64,000 nucleotides of DNA from Minisyncoccia bacterium. GTDB taxonomy: Bacteria > Patescibacteriota > Minisyncoccia > Phycocordibacterales > JAKFXT01. The stretch spans positions 3,705 to 67,704 of the forward strand of contig JBGPJO010000003.1 of NCBI GenBank assembly GCA_041485465.1. Direction: 5' to 3'. The translations under genes were made by a program, and so were the position numbers. How positions within the stretch are numbered: the stretch's first letter is position 1; every line of letters begins with the position of its first letter. The notes under the pieces were generated by a model. That model was not told the origin of the DNA and made no database searches. It saw only the letters and a list, made by a program, of their open reading frames with translations. This document shows, one piece after another, positions 1 through 9,763 of the stretch.

Positions 1-1
1 G

Positions 2-439
2 ACGGATGCCGGCACTCCTGCGATTGCCGATCCCGGTGGGGAGCTTGTGTCGGCGCTTCGAAACATGATGGGGGAGTCACTCTTAGTAATTGCCATTCCC
101 GGGCCAAATGCGGCGATCGCGGCGCTCTCTATTTCTGGTTTTAGAACTTCGGATTTTCTTTTCTTGGGATTTTTGCCCCACAAAAAAGGAAGAGAAACCC
201 TTTTTAAGGAGATCGCCGCCTCAAAACGCACCGTCGTATTTTACGAATCGCCGCATCGTATTTTGAAAACACTCTCTTCACTCGCGCGGGTCTTACCTCC
301 TTCAAAAAAAGTCGGAATCGCTCGCGAACTCACCAAAATCCACGAGCAGTTTATTTCGGGTGACGCAGGAGAGGTTGAAAAATATTTTCTCGAAAATACC
401 GAGAAAGTCCGGGGCGAATTCGTGGTAATCATCGGATAA
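2..439 (+). CDS. rsmI: 16S rRNA (cytidine-2'-O)-methyltransferase RsmI, 5'-truncated by window edge
   Basis: Frame open from base 2 reads TDAGTPAIADPG; later F-LGFLP, VFYESPHRI, ARELTKIHE, RGEFVVII are RsmI motifs. Confidence 0.93.
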   Translation, partial: TDAGTPAIADPGGELVSALRNMMGESLLVIAIPGPNAAIAALSISGFRTSDFLFLGFLPHKKGRETLFKEIAASKRTVVFYESPHRILKTLSSLARVLPPSKKVGIARELTKIHEQFISGDAGEVEKYFLENTEKVRGEFVVIIG

Positions 440-491
440 TTTTTTTATGGAATTTCTTTGAAAAGTAGCTTATACTTTAGCTAAATTTATT

Positions 492-785
492 ATGCCGAAA
501 TATACGCTCACGATCTGCGGTATTCTCATCGCCCTTCTGCCCTTTTCAGGCTTTCCCGGATCATTCAAGGCGCCCGCCTATTTCATTTTAGGCGCGCTTG
601 TCGCCTATCTTGGTTTTGAGGCCAATCGCTTTAAACGAAAGGCATCATCCTTTCGCCGTCATCGGAAGCCGAAAGAGGCAATCAGCATTAAGGTAAACGG
701 TACCGAATCCGCTATTCTAAAAGAAGAACCGCATGTCATTACCAGCCTTATCGAACCGGATGAAGAGCATACGGCGCAGGCTTAG
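492..785 (+). CDS. small membrane protein (two N-terminal TM segments, charged tail)
   Basis: 97-aa ORF, hydrophobic N-half (LLPFSGFP), TATACT upstream at 471-476. Confidence 0.7.
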   Translation: MPKYTLTICGILIALLPFSGFPGSFKAPAYFILGALVAYLGFEANRFKRKASSFRRHRKPKEAISIKVNGTESAILKEEPHVITSLIEPDEEHTAQA

Positions 786-2019
786 GAATTTTACAAAAGA
801 ACGCGGAGTAACCCTCTATGGCGGAACGGTCGTCGTTTTGCTCTTCGGAGTTTTTTCTCTTGCTTATTTTGCTGTCCCGTCTCTCTTTCCACTCTCCTAT
901 ACCTCGCCCCGTGCCGAAGCAACCCAAGCGACGACCGAACCGGAAGCGCCAAAAGTAAAACATCTTTCAACACCGAACCCCCTCAAAGGTATTTATATGA
1001 GTCAGTGCGCGGTAGGCACTCCTTCTTTTCGTGACGGCCTCGTGAAGCTTATCGATGAGACTGACCTTAACGCTGTTGTGATCGACATAAAGGATTACAG
1101 CGGAAAAATTTCATTTCCGACTAATAACCCTCTTCTTAAGAATTCAGTCTCGGGCGCCTGTGGAGCGAAAGACATGAAAGATTTTATCGAGAAGCTCCAT
1201 GAAAAAAATATTTATGTAATAGGGCGGATTACTGTTTTTCAAGATCCCTACTATGCGAAGCTTTATCCTGATCAAGCGGTTCAAAGCCACTCGCATCCGG
1301 GAATGCCATGGAAAGATTACAAAGGACTTTCTTTCGTCGACGTTTCTTCAAGGCCTTACTGGGAGTATGTTACCGCGCTTTCAAAGGAATCCTATAATAT
1401 CGGTTTTGATGAGCTCAATTACGACTATATTCGGTATCCATCGGATGGTCCTATGTCGGACGCAATCTATATCAATCCCGACAAATCAACGACGGTTGAG
1501 GAATTTTGGAAATATCTTTCCTCGAATAAACCAGATAGCGCCGTGATGTCGGCGGATCTTTTCGGTATGACGACCACCAATTACGACGACTTGAACATCG
1601 GTCAGGAACTTGAACGGGCGCTTCCGTATTTCGATTATATTGATCCGATGGTGTACCCTTCACACTACCCAACGGGCTTTATCGGACTTAAAGATCCGAA
1701 TACCGACCCGTACGCTGTCGTCCATTATTCTCTCGAACACGCGGTTGCGCGCACCATTGCGACATCGACCCCTATCCACACGCTTGATGGCGTGCTCATT
1801 GCTTCAACATCACCAAAGCTTTATACGAAAGACGCCTATAATTCTTCTAAAATCAGGCCGTGGCTTCAGGATTTTGACTATGGCAAGGATTATCAGCCCG
1901 TGGACGTCACCCTCCAGATCAAGGCGACAAACGATAATGGTCTCGTCTCATGGCTTTTCTGGGACGCGGCAAATCGCTACAGCGAGCTCAAAGAGGTGCT
2001 TGAAGGAAAAGCACAGTAA
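760..2019 (+). CDS. membrane-anchored putative glycoside hydrolase (DUF4015 family)
   Basis: N-terminal TM; KGIYM, LNAVVIDIKDYSG, YVIGRITVFQD, GFDELNYDYIRYP, PMVYPSHY, IRPWLQDF motifs; start placed at ATG 760 (uncertain). Confidence 0.8.
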   Translation: MKSIRRRLRNFTKERGVTLYGGTVVVLLFGVFSLAYFAVPSLFPLSYTSPRAEATQATTEPEAPKVKHLSTPNPLKGIYMSQCAVGTPSFRDGLVKLIDETDLNAVVIDIKDYSGKISFPTNNPLLKNSVSGACGAKDMKDFIEKLHEKNIYVIGRITVFQDPYYAKLYPDQAVQSHSHPGMPWKDYKGLSFVDVSSRPYWEYVTALSKESYNIGFDELNYDYIRYPSDGPMSDAIYINPDKSTTVEEFWKYLSSNKPDSAVMSADLFGMTTTNYDDLNIGQELERALPYFDYIDPMVYPSHYPTGFIGLKDPNTDPYAVVHYSLEHAVARTIATSTPIHTLDGVLIASTSPKLYTKDAYNSSKIRPWLQDFDYGKDYQPVDVTLQIKATNDNGLVSWLFWDAANRYSELKEVLEGKAQ

Positions 2020-2105
2020 TTGCTTAACACTTCGGCCTTACAAAAAAGGCCCAAGTGTTTCTTTTTGAAGACTTTTTAGACTATTTCGACTATACTTTTA
2101 AAGAA

Positions 2106-3983
2106 ATGGCGGATTTTGATGAAAACCGCATAACTTATTTTGCCGTAACTGACACGAGAAATAAACGTGTACTTTTCGGTATCAAAGCAAAAGACAGGAC
2201 AAAACATGTCTATGTGATCGGCAAGACCGGCATGGGCAAATCGACGTTGCTTGAAAATATGGCGATTCAGGATATTCAAAACGGCGAGGGGCTCGCTTTT
2301 ATCGACCCGCACGGAAAATCGGCCGAGGCCCTTCTCGATTACGTGCCGGAGCACAGAATCAAAGACGTACTCTATTTTGCGCCTTTTGACATGGAACACC
2401 CGATTTCCTTTAACGTGATGGAAGATATCGGCGCCGATAAACGACACCTTGTCGTCTCCGGTCTCATGTCTACCTTTAAAAAAATCTGGATCGACGCATG
2501 GAGTGCCCGCATGGAATATATTCTTCAAAACACCCTGCTTGCACTCCTTGAATATCCGGGAGCAACGCTTCTTGGGGTCAATAAAGTGCTTTCCGATAAA
2601 GAGTATCGGAAAAAAGTCGTCGATAATATAAAAGATCCGGCGACGAAATCATTCTGGGTTGACGAATTTGCAAAATACACGGAGCGTTTTGCAGCGGAGG
2701 CCGTTCCCGCCATTCAAAATAAAGTTGGCCAGTTTACTTCAAACCCTCTTATCCGGAATATCATCGGCCAGCCGAAATCAAGCTTTGATCTCCGGAAAAT
2801 AATAGATGAGCGAAAAATTCTTATCATCAATCTTTCCAAAGGGCTTGTCGGTGAGGGGAACGCAAGCCTTCTTGGCGGCATGCTTATCACAAAAATATAT
2901 CTTGCCGCTCTTTCGCGGGCCGATAAGACGGATAGTGTGATGAATAAATTGCCGAATTTTTATCTCTACGTTGATGAGTTCCAATCCTTTGCCAATGAAT
3001 CATTCGCTGATATTCTCTCCGAGGCGAGGAAGTACAAACTTAATCTCACCATGGCCCATCAGTACATTGAGCAAATGGCGGAAGAAGTACGGGCGGCGGT
3101 CTTCGGGAACGTCGGTACAATGATTGCTTTCCGCGTCGGAGCATTTGATGCCGAAGTGCTTGAAAAAGAATTTGCGCCCCAATTTACGATGGAGGATCTT
3201 GTCAACCTCGGCGTCTACCAGGTCTATCTTAAGCTTATGATCGACGGTGTTTCTTCACAGCCATTTTCAGCGACGACCACCCCTCCTATCGAAAAGCCAA
3301 GAATTTCTTATAAAGACGGCGTTATCGCAAACTCGCGAATGATTTTCGGAAGAGCCAGAAAAACCGCTGAAGATGAAATAGTCATTCAGATGATCTCGGG
3401 CGGTAAGCCGCTTATCCCTTCAAATCAAAGCGAGAAAGAAATACCCTTGAATTCTCCGCGAAAAGAAGAATTTCAAAGAAACACCCGCGAACAGTCAAAG
3501 GCTGAAGAGCCCAAGAATCGACAAGAAGACCGAAATCAGAGCGGACTCAAAGCTGCGCTTGCTTCGTTGCTTACGGGGGAAGAACTTCCTCAGCTTAAAA
3601 ACAATCAGGTAAAAAATAATAATACAGGTAGGGTAGAAAATCAGCATCCTAGAGAAAATCCCCCCCGTCCCACATCTGAGACTTTCCGAAGTGTAACAAA
3701 AAATCAGGGGCACAAGGAAACGCAGACTAGTCCTAATAGAAACCATTCGAAAAACAATCAGAAAGATTTCAGGGCCCAAAAGCCTGAGGGTGGACAAACA
3801 CTTAAAGAAGCTCTCAAAGGTATTTTGAAGGATCAAGAACCTTCTCAAAACACAAAAATAAATTCTGGCGAAGAAAGGAAGAGCAATCCTTTACCAGACG
3901 AAAAACAAAAGGCAGAATCTTCGTCAGGAGAAATTCCGGAAGCGGATCTTCGTAAAATGCTTGAAGTGAAAAAACACGAATAG
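2106..3983 (+). CDS. VirD4/TraD-like (type IV coupling / HerA-FtsK superfamily) P-loop ATPase with long low-complexity C-terminal tail
   Basis: Walker A GKTGMGKS, FIDPHG, Walker B LYVDEFQ, SEARKY, AHQY; ATG 2106 follows TATACT. Confidence 0.85.
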   Translation: MADFDENRITYFAVTDTRNKRVLFGIKAKDRTKHVYVIGKTGMGKSTLLENMAIQDIQNGEGLAFIDPHGKSAEALLDYVPEHRIKDVLYFAPFDMEHPISFNVMEDIGADKRHLVVSGLMSTFKKIWIDAWSARMEYILQNTLLALLEYPGATLLGVNKVLSDKEYRKKVVDNIKDPATKSFWVDEFAKYTERFAAEAVPAIQNKVGQFTSNPLIRNIIGQPKSSFDLRKIIDERKILIINLSKGLVGEGNASLLGGMLITKIYLAALSRADKTDSVMNKLPNFYLYVDEFQSFANESFADILSEARKYKLNLTMAHQYIEQMAEEVRAAVFGNVGTMIAFRVGAFDAEVLEKEFAPQFTMEDLVNLGVYQVYLKLMIDGVSSQPFSATTTPPIEKPRISYKDGVIANSRMIFGRARKTAEDEIVIQMISGGKPLIPSNQSEKEIPLNSPRKEEFQRNTREQSKAEEPKNRQEDRNQSGLKAALASLLTGEELPQLKNNQVKNNNTGRVENQHPRENPPRPTSETFRSVTKNQGHKETQTSPNRNHSKNNQKDFRAQKPEGGQTLKEALKGILKDQEPSQNTKINSGEERKSNPLPDEKQKAESSSGEIPEADLRKMLEVKKHE

Positions 3984-4223
3984 ATGTTTCGGTTTCGCTA
4001 CAGTTACTCTTATTCCTCTTTCAAAGACACTTTAAAAACGGAGTTACCAAGAGCTTCGGAAAGCGCCAATGTGGCCTCTTTGTTACCGGAGCCTGAAGCG
4101 GGGGGAAGCATCTCTTACAGGTGGTTTATAGCGCTCGGCGTTCTCATTGTTCTACCTGCCGTTTTAGTATTTATTTTCCCCAGGAAGTCCCATTCCGAGA
4201 CGGGTTTTGAGATTGTCGAATAA
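3984..4223 (+). CDS. short ORF with C-terminal TM anchor; possibly remnant of a larger surface protein
   Basis: 79 aa, single TM (WFIALGVLIVLPAVLVFIF) followed by RK and an acidic end FEIVE. Confidence 0.4.
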   Translation: MFRFRYSYSYSSFKDTLKTELPRASESANVASLLPEPEAGGSISYRWFIALGVLIVLPAVLVFIFPRKSHSETGFEIVE

Positions 4224-4228
4224 CTCCT

Positions 4229-4268
4229 TTGCCTCATATCTCTAGGGGAAGTAAAATTAAAGAGGAGG
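4229..4268 (+). promoter_or_regulatory. sigma70-like promoter plus SD
   Basis: TTGCCT(4229)-N17-TAAAAT(4252), AGAGGAGG at 4261-4268. Confidence 0.6.
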
Positions 4269-4276
4269 TGTCGGCC

Positions 4277-4486
4277 ATGAACAGCAATCCGATTCGGCTC
4301 TATGGCGATCCTTTCCGGATTGCCTGGCTTTTCGATCCGTTTATCGCGTTTTGGAATTTTGAGGGGAAGGGTCAAAATTCTCCTCCTCCTAAAGCTTCAA
4401 AGCGGAAACAGAGAAAATCGCCGCCCAAACGGGAAGCAATAATATTGCAATTTCCATCGGGTCGGCCAGTTCAGACGAATTCCTAG
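4277..4486 (+). CDS. 69-aa hypothetical protein, stand-alone transcription unit
   Basis: Strong SD 8 nt before ATG 4277; own promoter and terminator. Confidence 0.65.
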   Translation: MNSNPIRLYGDPFRIAWLFDPFIAFWNFEGKGQNSPPPKASKRKQRKSPPKREAIILQFPSGRPVQTNS

Positions 4487-4518
4487 GGCGGATTTGCATC
4501 TTTGCAAATCCGCCTTTT
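4487..4518 (+). terminator. Rho-independent terminator
   Basis: GGCGGATTTGCA-tctt-TGCAAATCCGCC perfect 12-bp stem + TTTT. Confidence 0.85.
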
Positions 4519-4559
4519 CTTAATAACCTTTATCTTACTTTTTGTGTTTTAGATTTATC

Positions 4560-5441
4560 ATGGCCAAGCAAAAGAAAAAGAAGACCATTCTCGTAACTGG
4601 CGGCGCCGGCTTTATTGGTTCGCATCTTATCGAGGCGCTCCGTAAGAATACGAAAAATAAAATTATTTCTCTTGATAATTACTTTACCGGTAAGAGAGAA
4701 AATCATGTCACAGGGGCGACGTACATTGAAGGCGGAACGAAAGACATCGATCTTCTGGTAAAAATCAAGCCCGATATGGTCTATCATCTTGGCGAGTACG
4801 CTCGGGTCGAGAAAAGTTTTGATGATATGAAAAAGGTGTGGGAATTAAATAAAGAGGGGACTTTTGCCGTACTTGAGTTTTGCCGCCGTCATAATGTTAA
4901 AATTATTTATGCCGGATCAAGCACCAAGTTTGGCGACGGGGGATTAGGAAGAGATCAAAGTCCGTACGCCTGGACAAAGGCAAGCAATACGGAGCTCGTA
5001 AGGAATTATGGCGCGTGGTTTAATGTGCCCTATGCCATCACGTATTTCTACAATGTTTATGGGCCGGGAGAAATTTCGGCAGGGGCGTATGCCACGGTCA
5101 TCGGCATTTTTAAAGAGCAGGTAATCAAAGGAAAGCCGCTTAGTGTCGTTTCCCCCGGTACCCAGAGGAGAAACTTTACTCACGTTGATGACATTGTCCG
5201 CGGCCTCATACTCGCCGGAGAAAGAGGAGAAGGGGATGATTTTGGCCTTGGTTCAAGGGAAAGCTACAGTATCATTCAAATTGCTAAATTTTTCGGTTCG
5301 AACATAAAAATGCTTCCTGAAAGAGCGGGAAATCGCTTGAATTCAAGCATCGATCTTACCCGTGCGGAAAAGGAACTTCATTGGCGGGCCGAAAAAAATA
5401 TTAAAGATTATATTAAAGATTTTAAGGCTTCACTTACCTGA
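4560..5441 (+). CDS. NAD-dependent epimerase/dehydratase (extended SDR)
   Basis: TGGAGFIGS, SPYAWTK (YxxxK), YFYNVYGP, RNFTHVDD. Confidence 0.9.
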   Translation: MAKQKKKKTILVTGGAGFIGSHLIEALRKNTKNKIISLDNYFTGKRENHVTGATYIEGGTKDIDLLVKIKPDMVYHLGEYARVEKSFDDMKKVWELNKEGTFAVLEFCRRHNVKIIYAGSSTKFGDGGLGRDQSPYAWTKASNTELVRNYGAWFNVPYAITYFYNVYGPGEISAGAYATVIGIFKEQVIKGKPLSVVSPGTQRRNFTHVDDIVRGLILAGERGEGDDFGLGSRESYSIIQIAKFFGSNIKMLPERAGNRLNSSIDLTRAEKELHWRAEKNIKDYIKDFKASLT

Positions 5442-5453
5442 ACCTCTAAAACC

Positions 5454-6665
5454 ATGAAGCGCATTCTTATACTTTCTCTTACGTATTACCCGAAGTTTAT
5501 AGGTGGTGCTGAGGTTGCCATAAAAGAAATCACCGATCGGATTGATCCGAATGAGTATTCATTTGATATGGTGACGCTTCGGTTTAATTCAAATCTTCCC
5601 GAAGTCGAGAAAATAGGAAATGTTACGATTCACCGGATCGGCTTTACGGTAGAGGGCGCCACAATCGCCGACCTTGGAAGATTTCCGCTCTTTCTTAATA
5701 AAATTTATTTCCAATTTGCCGGAGCCTTTAAAGCTTTCTCTCTTCACAAAAAAAATTCCTACGATGCTCTCTGGGCCATGATGGCACATTCATCCGGAGT
5801 GCCAGCGGCGATTTTCAAATATCTGGCGCCTAATGTCCCTTATATATTAACGCTTCAAGAGGGCGATCCGACAGATTATATACAAGCGAAAATGCTCCCA
5901 CTGTATCCTTTATTTATTCAGGCGTTTCGAAAAGCGGATATTATTCAAGCGATATCTACTTTTTTAGGGAAATGGAGCAGGGATATGGGTTTCAAGGGAA
6001 ATCTTGAAATTATTCCGAACGGGGTCAACACCAAATTTTTTTCGCAAGAATATTCCGAAGATGACCTTCAGGCACTGGAACAAAAAATTGGTATAAAAGA
6101 AGACGACATATGCCTCATCACTACTTCGCGGCTTGTACAGAAAAACGCCATCAATGATGTCATCGCTTCATTGTCATTTCTACCAAGCTCAATAAAGTTC
6201 TTGATAGTGGGAAGCGGCCCTGATGAAGAAAAACTGCGTCGGTTTGCCAAAGAGAAAGGGGTCGAATCGCGGGTAAAATTTTTGGGATACCAAGGACTTG
6301 GGGAAATTCCGAAATATTTAAAAATATCCGATATCTTCATTCGCCCATCGCTTTCAGAAGGTATGGGCAATTCGTTTGTTGAGGCAATGGCGGCAGGTAT
6401 TCCAATTATTGCGACTCAAGAAGGAGGCATTACTGACTTTCTTTTTGACCCGAAGCGGAACCCCGATAAAAAGTCAACAGGTCGTGCCGTTAATCCTAAA
6501 GATCCCAAGAGCATTGCGGAAGCAGTTGAAAAATATATTCATGACAAAAATACAACTGCTCAGATTATTAAAAATGCGAAGGAATTAATTTTCTCTAAGT
6601 ACGATTGGAATTTGGTAGCGAAGAATATGAAAGAGAGGGTTTTTGACGCGGTAATTAAACGGTGA
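5454..6665 (+). CDS. glycosyltransferase family 4
   Basis: GGAE, IIPNGV, SRLVQKN, IRPSLSEGMGNSFVEAMAAGIP. Confidence 0.92.
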   Translation: MKRILILSLTYYPKFIGGAEVAIKEITDRIDPNEYSFDMVTLRFNSNLPEVEKIGNVTIHRIGFTVEGATIADLGRFPLFLNKIYFQFAGAFKAFSLHKKNSYDALWAMMAHSSGVPAAIFKYLAPNVPYILTLQEGDPTDYIQAKMLPLYPLFIQAFRKADIIQAISTFLGKWSRDMGFKGNLEIIPNGVNTKFFSQEYSEDDLQALEQKIGIKEDDICLITTSRLVQKNAINDVIASLSFLPSSIKFLIVGSGPDEEKLRRFAKEKGVESRVKFLGYQGLGEIPKYLKISDIFIRPSLSEGMGNSFVEAMAAGIPIIATQEGGITDFLFDPKRNPDKKSTGRAVNPKDPKSIAEAVEKYIHDKNTTAQIIKNAKELIFSKYDWNLVAKNMKERVFDAVIKR

Positions 6666-6745
6666 CATCATGTTTTATATTTCTGTTATAGTAACTGAAG
6701 CAGCGGGTTTTAGAGTGTAAGGAGAAAGCTGCTTTTTCTTTTATC

Positions 6746-7747
6746 GTGAGAATAGTCATTGCAACTGGGGTATTTCCTCCCGATATCGGCGGTCCCGCCC
6801 AATACGCAAAAAATCTTCATGATGAATTTAAGCGGGCGGGACACGAAGTATCGGTCATTTGCTATAGAACCGAACACCGCTTGCCGATCGGCATACGGCA
6901 TTTTTTCTTTTTTTTCAAAGCCTTAGTCTCTCTTTTGGCGGCAGAATATGCAATCGCCATGGATACCTTCAGCGTTGGTGTGCCGACTATTCTTGCCGCG
7001 AGGCTTCTTCGCAAGAAAGTGGTGGTTCGTATTTCAGGTGATTTTTTGTGGGAATCATATGTGGAGCGAAGCGGTAATTTGATTACACTTCAAAAATTTT
7101 ATGAAAAAATTCCGGCGCTTTCCCTCAAAGAAAAACTGGTGTTTCTTTTAACGAAAAAAATTCTTAGTAAAGCTCATAAACTTGTTTTTTCGACTTCATG
7201 GCAAAAAGATATTTTTATGTCTGTGTACGCTTTCCCGAAAGATAAGGCGGCGGTTATTGAAAATTATTTCGGAGTGCACGAAGCAGGGGCTCCGTTTCAA
7301 GAGAAAAATTTTGTCTGGGCAGTTCGCCCGCTTAAACTCAAAAATGGCAGGATGCTCTACCGGGCATTTGGTGAGGCTAAAAAACGCGACCCCTCCCTTG
7401 TGCTTGATGATGGGCGCTACCCGTACGACATTCTTCTTAATCGCATTAAATCCGCCTACGCCGTGATTTTACCCTCAATTTCTGATGTTTCGCCCAATCT
7501 CATCATTGATGCCATTACGCACGGAAAGCCTTTTATCATGACGACGGAAAGCGGTTATTTTGAAAAATTTAAAAATATCGGCCTGTTCGTCAATCCATTC
7601 AGCGAAGAAGATATAACGGAAAAAATTCTAACACTCGCGAATCCTTCACCGTATAATTTTTATAGAGAAAAAGTTGCTGGGTATACTTTTACCCATAGCT
7701 ACAGAGAAATTGTCTCAGAATATCTAAAACTCTATCACACACTATGA
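6746..7747 (+). CDS. glycosyltransferase family 4-like
   Basis: GVFPPDIGGPAQY N-terminus; ILPSISDVSPNLIIDA; GTG start. Confidence 0.8.
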   Translation: MRIVIATGVFPPDIGGPAQYAKNLHDEFKRAGHEVSVICYRTEHRLPIGIRHFFFFFKALVSLLAAEYAIAMDTFSVGVPTILAARLLRKKVVVRISGDFLWESYVERSGNLITLQKFYEKIPALSLKEKLVFLLTKKILSKAHKLVFSTSWQKDIFMSVYAFPKDKAAVIENYFGVHEAGAPFQEKNFVWAVRPLKLKNGRMLYRAFGEAKKRDPSLVLDDGRYPYDILLNRIKSAYAVILPSISDVSPNLIIDAITHGKPFIMTTESGYFEKFKNIGLFVNPFSEEDITEKILTLANPSPYNFYREKVAGYTFTHSYREIVSEYLKLYHTL

Positions 7748-8862
7748 AGGTCATAATAGTCGGCACAGAGAAAAGACTCTTTGAAAAAGGAAGCTCCGCC
7801 CAGGTGCGAATTGCCTCGTATGGGAGCCTTGTCGAGGAGCTTCATGTGATCGCATTCACTCGAAAAATCGATGCTCTGAAGCCTTTAAACCTATCCTCTT
7901 CGGTATGGCTCTACCCCACGAATTCTAAAAGTAGACTTGGTTACATTTTCGATGCAATGCGGATAGGAAAGGCTCTTAAAGAAAGATCTATTTCACTTGT
8001 AAGCGTCCAGGATCCCTTTGAATCGGGCCTTGCTGGTTTCCTTGTCTCTCGTGCTCTCAAAACGAGGTTCCACATTCAGATACACACAGATTTCTTAAGC
8101 CCCTATTTTGCAAAAGGATCTCTCTTGAATCGCCTGAGGGTTACTATTGGGCGGTGGCTCCTGCCTGAGGCCGATTGTGTAAGAGTCGTATCGGAGCGAA
8201 TCAAGAATTCTATTGAAACTGCAGATATAAAGCTCAGGGCTCCAAGTGTTGTTCTGCCAATCTATGTTGAAGGTAATCCATATAAAAAAGAACGAAACGA
8301 TTTTTTAACAAAAGAGTACGGAGAGTTTAAAAGACACGTTTTAATGGTTGGCAGACTAGAGCCAGAAAAGAACTTTTTTCTCGCTCTTCGTGTTTTTAAA
8401 CACGTTGCGGCGAAAGATTCTGACGCGGGGCTTATTATTGTTGGTAGCGGCTCACAAAAAGAAAAATTGTCGCAATACACAAAAGAACTTGGAATTGAAA
8501 AGAAAGTTAAATTTGTTGGTTGGCAAAAAAATATTTCTGATTATTACCTCAGTGCCGCCGTCTTTCTTTCAACTTCAGATTATGAAGGATACGGTATGAC
8601 GTTTATTGAAGCGGCACTTTCCGGACTGCCCATAGTTACCACAGATGTCGGAATAGCTCGCGAACTTTTAGGAGTTGACGGGGCCTTCATTGTTTCTCCT
8701 CAAGATGAACCTGCCCTCACTACATCTTTGGAAGAAACATTACGTAATAGGGAAGAAGTCTTGAAACACGCCCTAAAAGCCCAAAATAATGTTAAGCAAA
8801 TTCTCATAAGTAATGACGAGTATTTAAGACGCTACAAGCTAGTTTGGGAAAAATGTCTGTGA
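7744..8862 (+). CDS. glycosyltransferase family 4
   Basis: VGRLEPEKN, SDYEGYGMTFIEAALSGLPIVTTDVG. Confidence 0.9.
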   Translation: MKVIIVGTEKRLFEKGSSAQVRIASYGSLVEELHVIAFTRKIDALKPLNLSSSVWLYPTNSKSRLGYIFDAMRIGKALKERSISLVSVQDPFESGLAGFLVSRALKTRFHIQIHTDFLSPYFAKGSLLNRLRVTIGRWLLPEADCVRVVSERIKNSIETADIKLRAPSVVLPIYVEGNPYKKERNDFLTKEYGEFKRHVLMVGRLEPEKNFFLALRVFKHVAAKDSDAGLIIVGSGSQKEKLSQYTKELGIEKKVKFVGWQKNISDYYLSAAVFLSTSDYEGYGMTFIEAALSGLPIVTTDVGIARELLGVDGAFIVSPQDEPALTTSLEETLRNREEVLKHALKAQNNVKQILISNDEYLRRYKLVWEKCL

Positions 8863-8878
8863 TAAAGTAACCGCGCAC

Positions 8879-9745
8879 ATGAAAGAAAAATTAACCGTAG
8901 GTTTTATAGGACAGGGATTCGTCGGGAAAAATTATGCCGACGATTTTGAACGACGCGGTTTTATTGTTCTGCGATATGCTCTTGAAGAGCCCTATCAACC
9001 AAATAAGGAAAAGATTGCCATGAGTGATGTCGTCTTTATTGCCGTACCCACCCCAACCACACCTCGAGGATTTGACCCGAGTATCATCAAAAAAGTCATT
9101 ACACTTGTGGGTCAAGGTAAGATTGCGGTAATTAAATCAACCATTCTTCCGGGGACCACTGAGGAAATTCAGCGAGAAAATCCGGATATCACCGTCTTAT
9201 ATTCTCCTGAATTTTTAAGCGAAGCGACAGCAGCGCACGATACCGCGAATCCTTCAATGAATATTATTGGTATTTCCAATCAATCAGAAATCCACCGTGA
9301 AGCGGCTGAAAAAGTTCTTGGCATTTTGCCCCAAGCGCCGTTTTCAACCGTTTGTTCTTCCAAGGAAGCGGAAATGATTAAGTATGCCCACAACACCATT
9401 GGGTATGTCAGCGTTGTTTTTGTGAACCTGCTTTATAATCTCGCCAATAACCTTGGAGCAGACTGGCAGGTTGTAAAAGGAGCGCTTAAAGCCGATCCGA
9501 TGATGCCTAAATATCATCTTGAACCGGTGCATAAAACAGGCCGCGGGGCTGGAGGCCATTGTCACATAAAAGATTTTGCGGCCCTCGTTGACCTTTATAA
9601 AAAGCTGATCAATGATCCGGTCGGCATAAAAATGCTTGAGGCTATTGAACAGAAAAATATCGCCCTTCTTCTTTCAACGAATAAAGATCGGGGTCTTCTT
9701 TCGGGGGTATATGGAAAGAAGGTGCTCGACAGGGGAAATAATTAA
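8879..9745 (+). CDS. UDP-glucose/GDP-mannose dehydrogenase family protein (short, no C-terminal UDP-binding domain)
   Basis: GQGFVG, IAVPTP, IKSTILPGTT, SPEFLSE, AEMIKY, GAGGHCHIKD. Confidence 0.85.
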   Translation: MKEKLTVGFIGQGFVGKNYADDFERRGFIVLRYALEEPYQPNKEKIAMSDVVFIAVPTPTTPRGFDPSIIKKVITLVGQGKIAVIKSTILPGTTEEIQRENPDITVLYSPEFLSEATAAHDTANPSMNIIGISNQSEIHREAAEKVLGILPQAPFSTVCSSKEAEMIKYAHNTIGYVSVVFVNLLYNLANNLGADWQVVKGALKADPMMPKYHLEPVHKTGRGAGGHCHIKDFAALVDLYKKLINDPVGIKMLEAIEQKNIALLLSTNKDRGLLSGVYGKKVLDRGNN

Positions 9746-9763
9746 CCTCCACGGTTATAAAGA

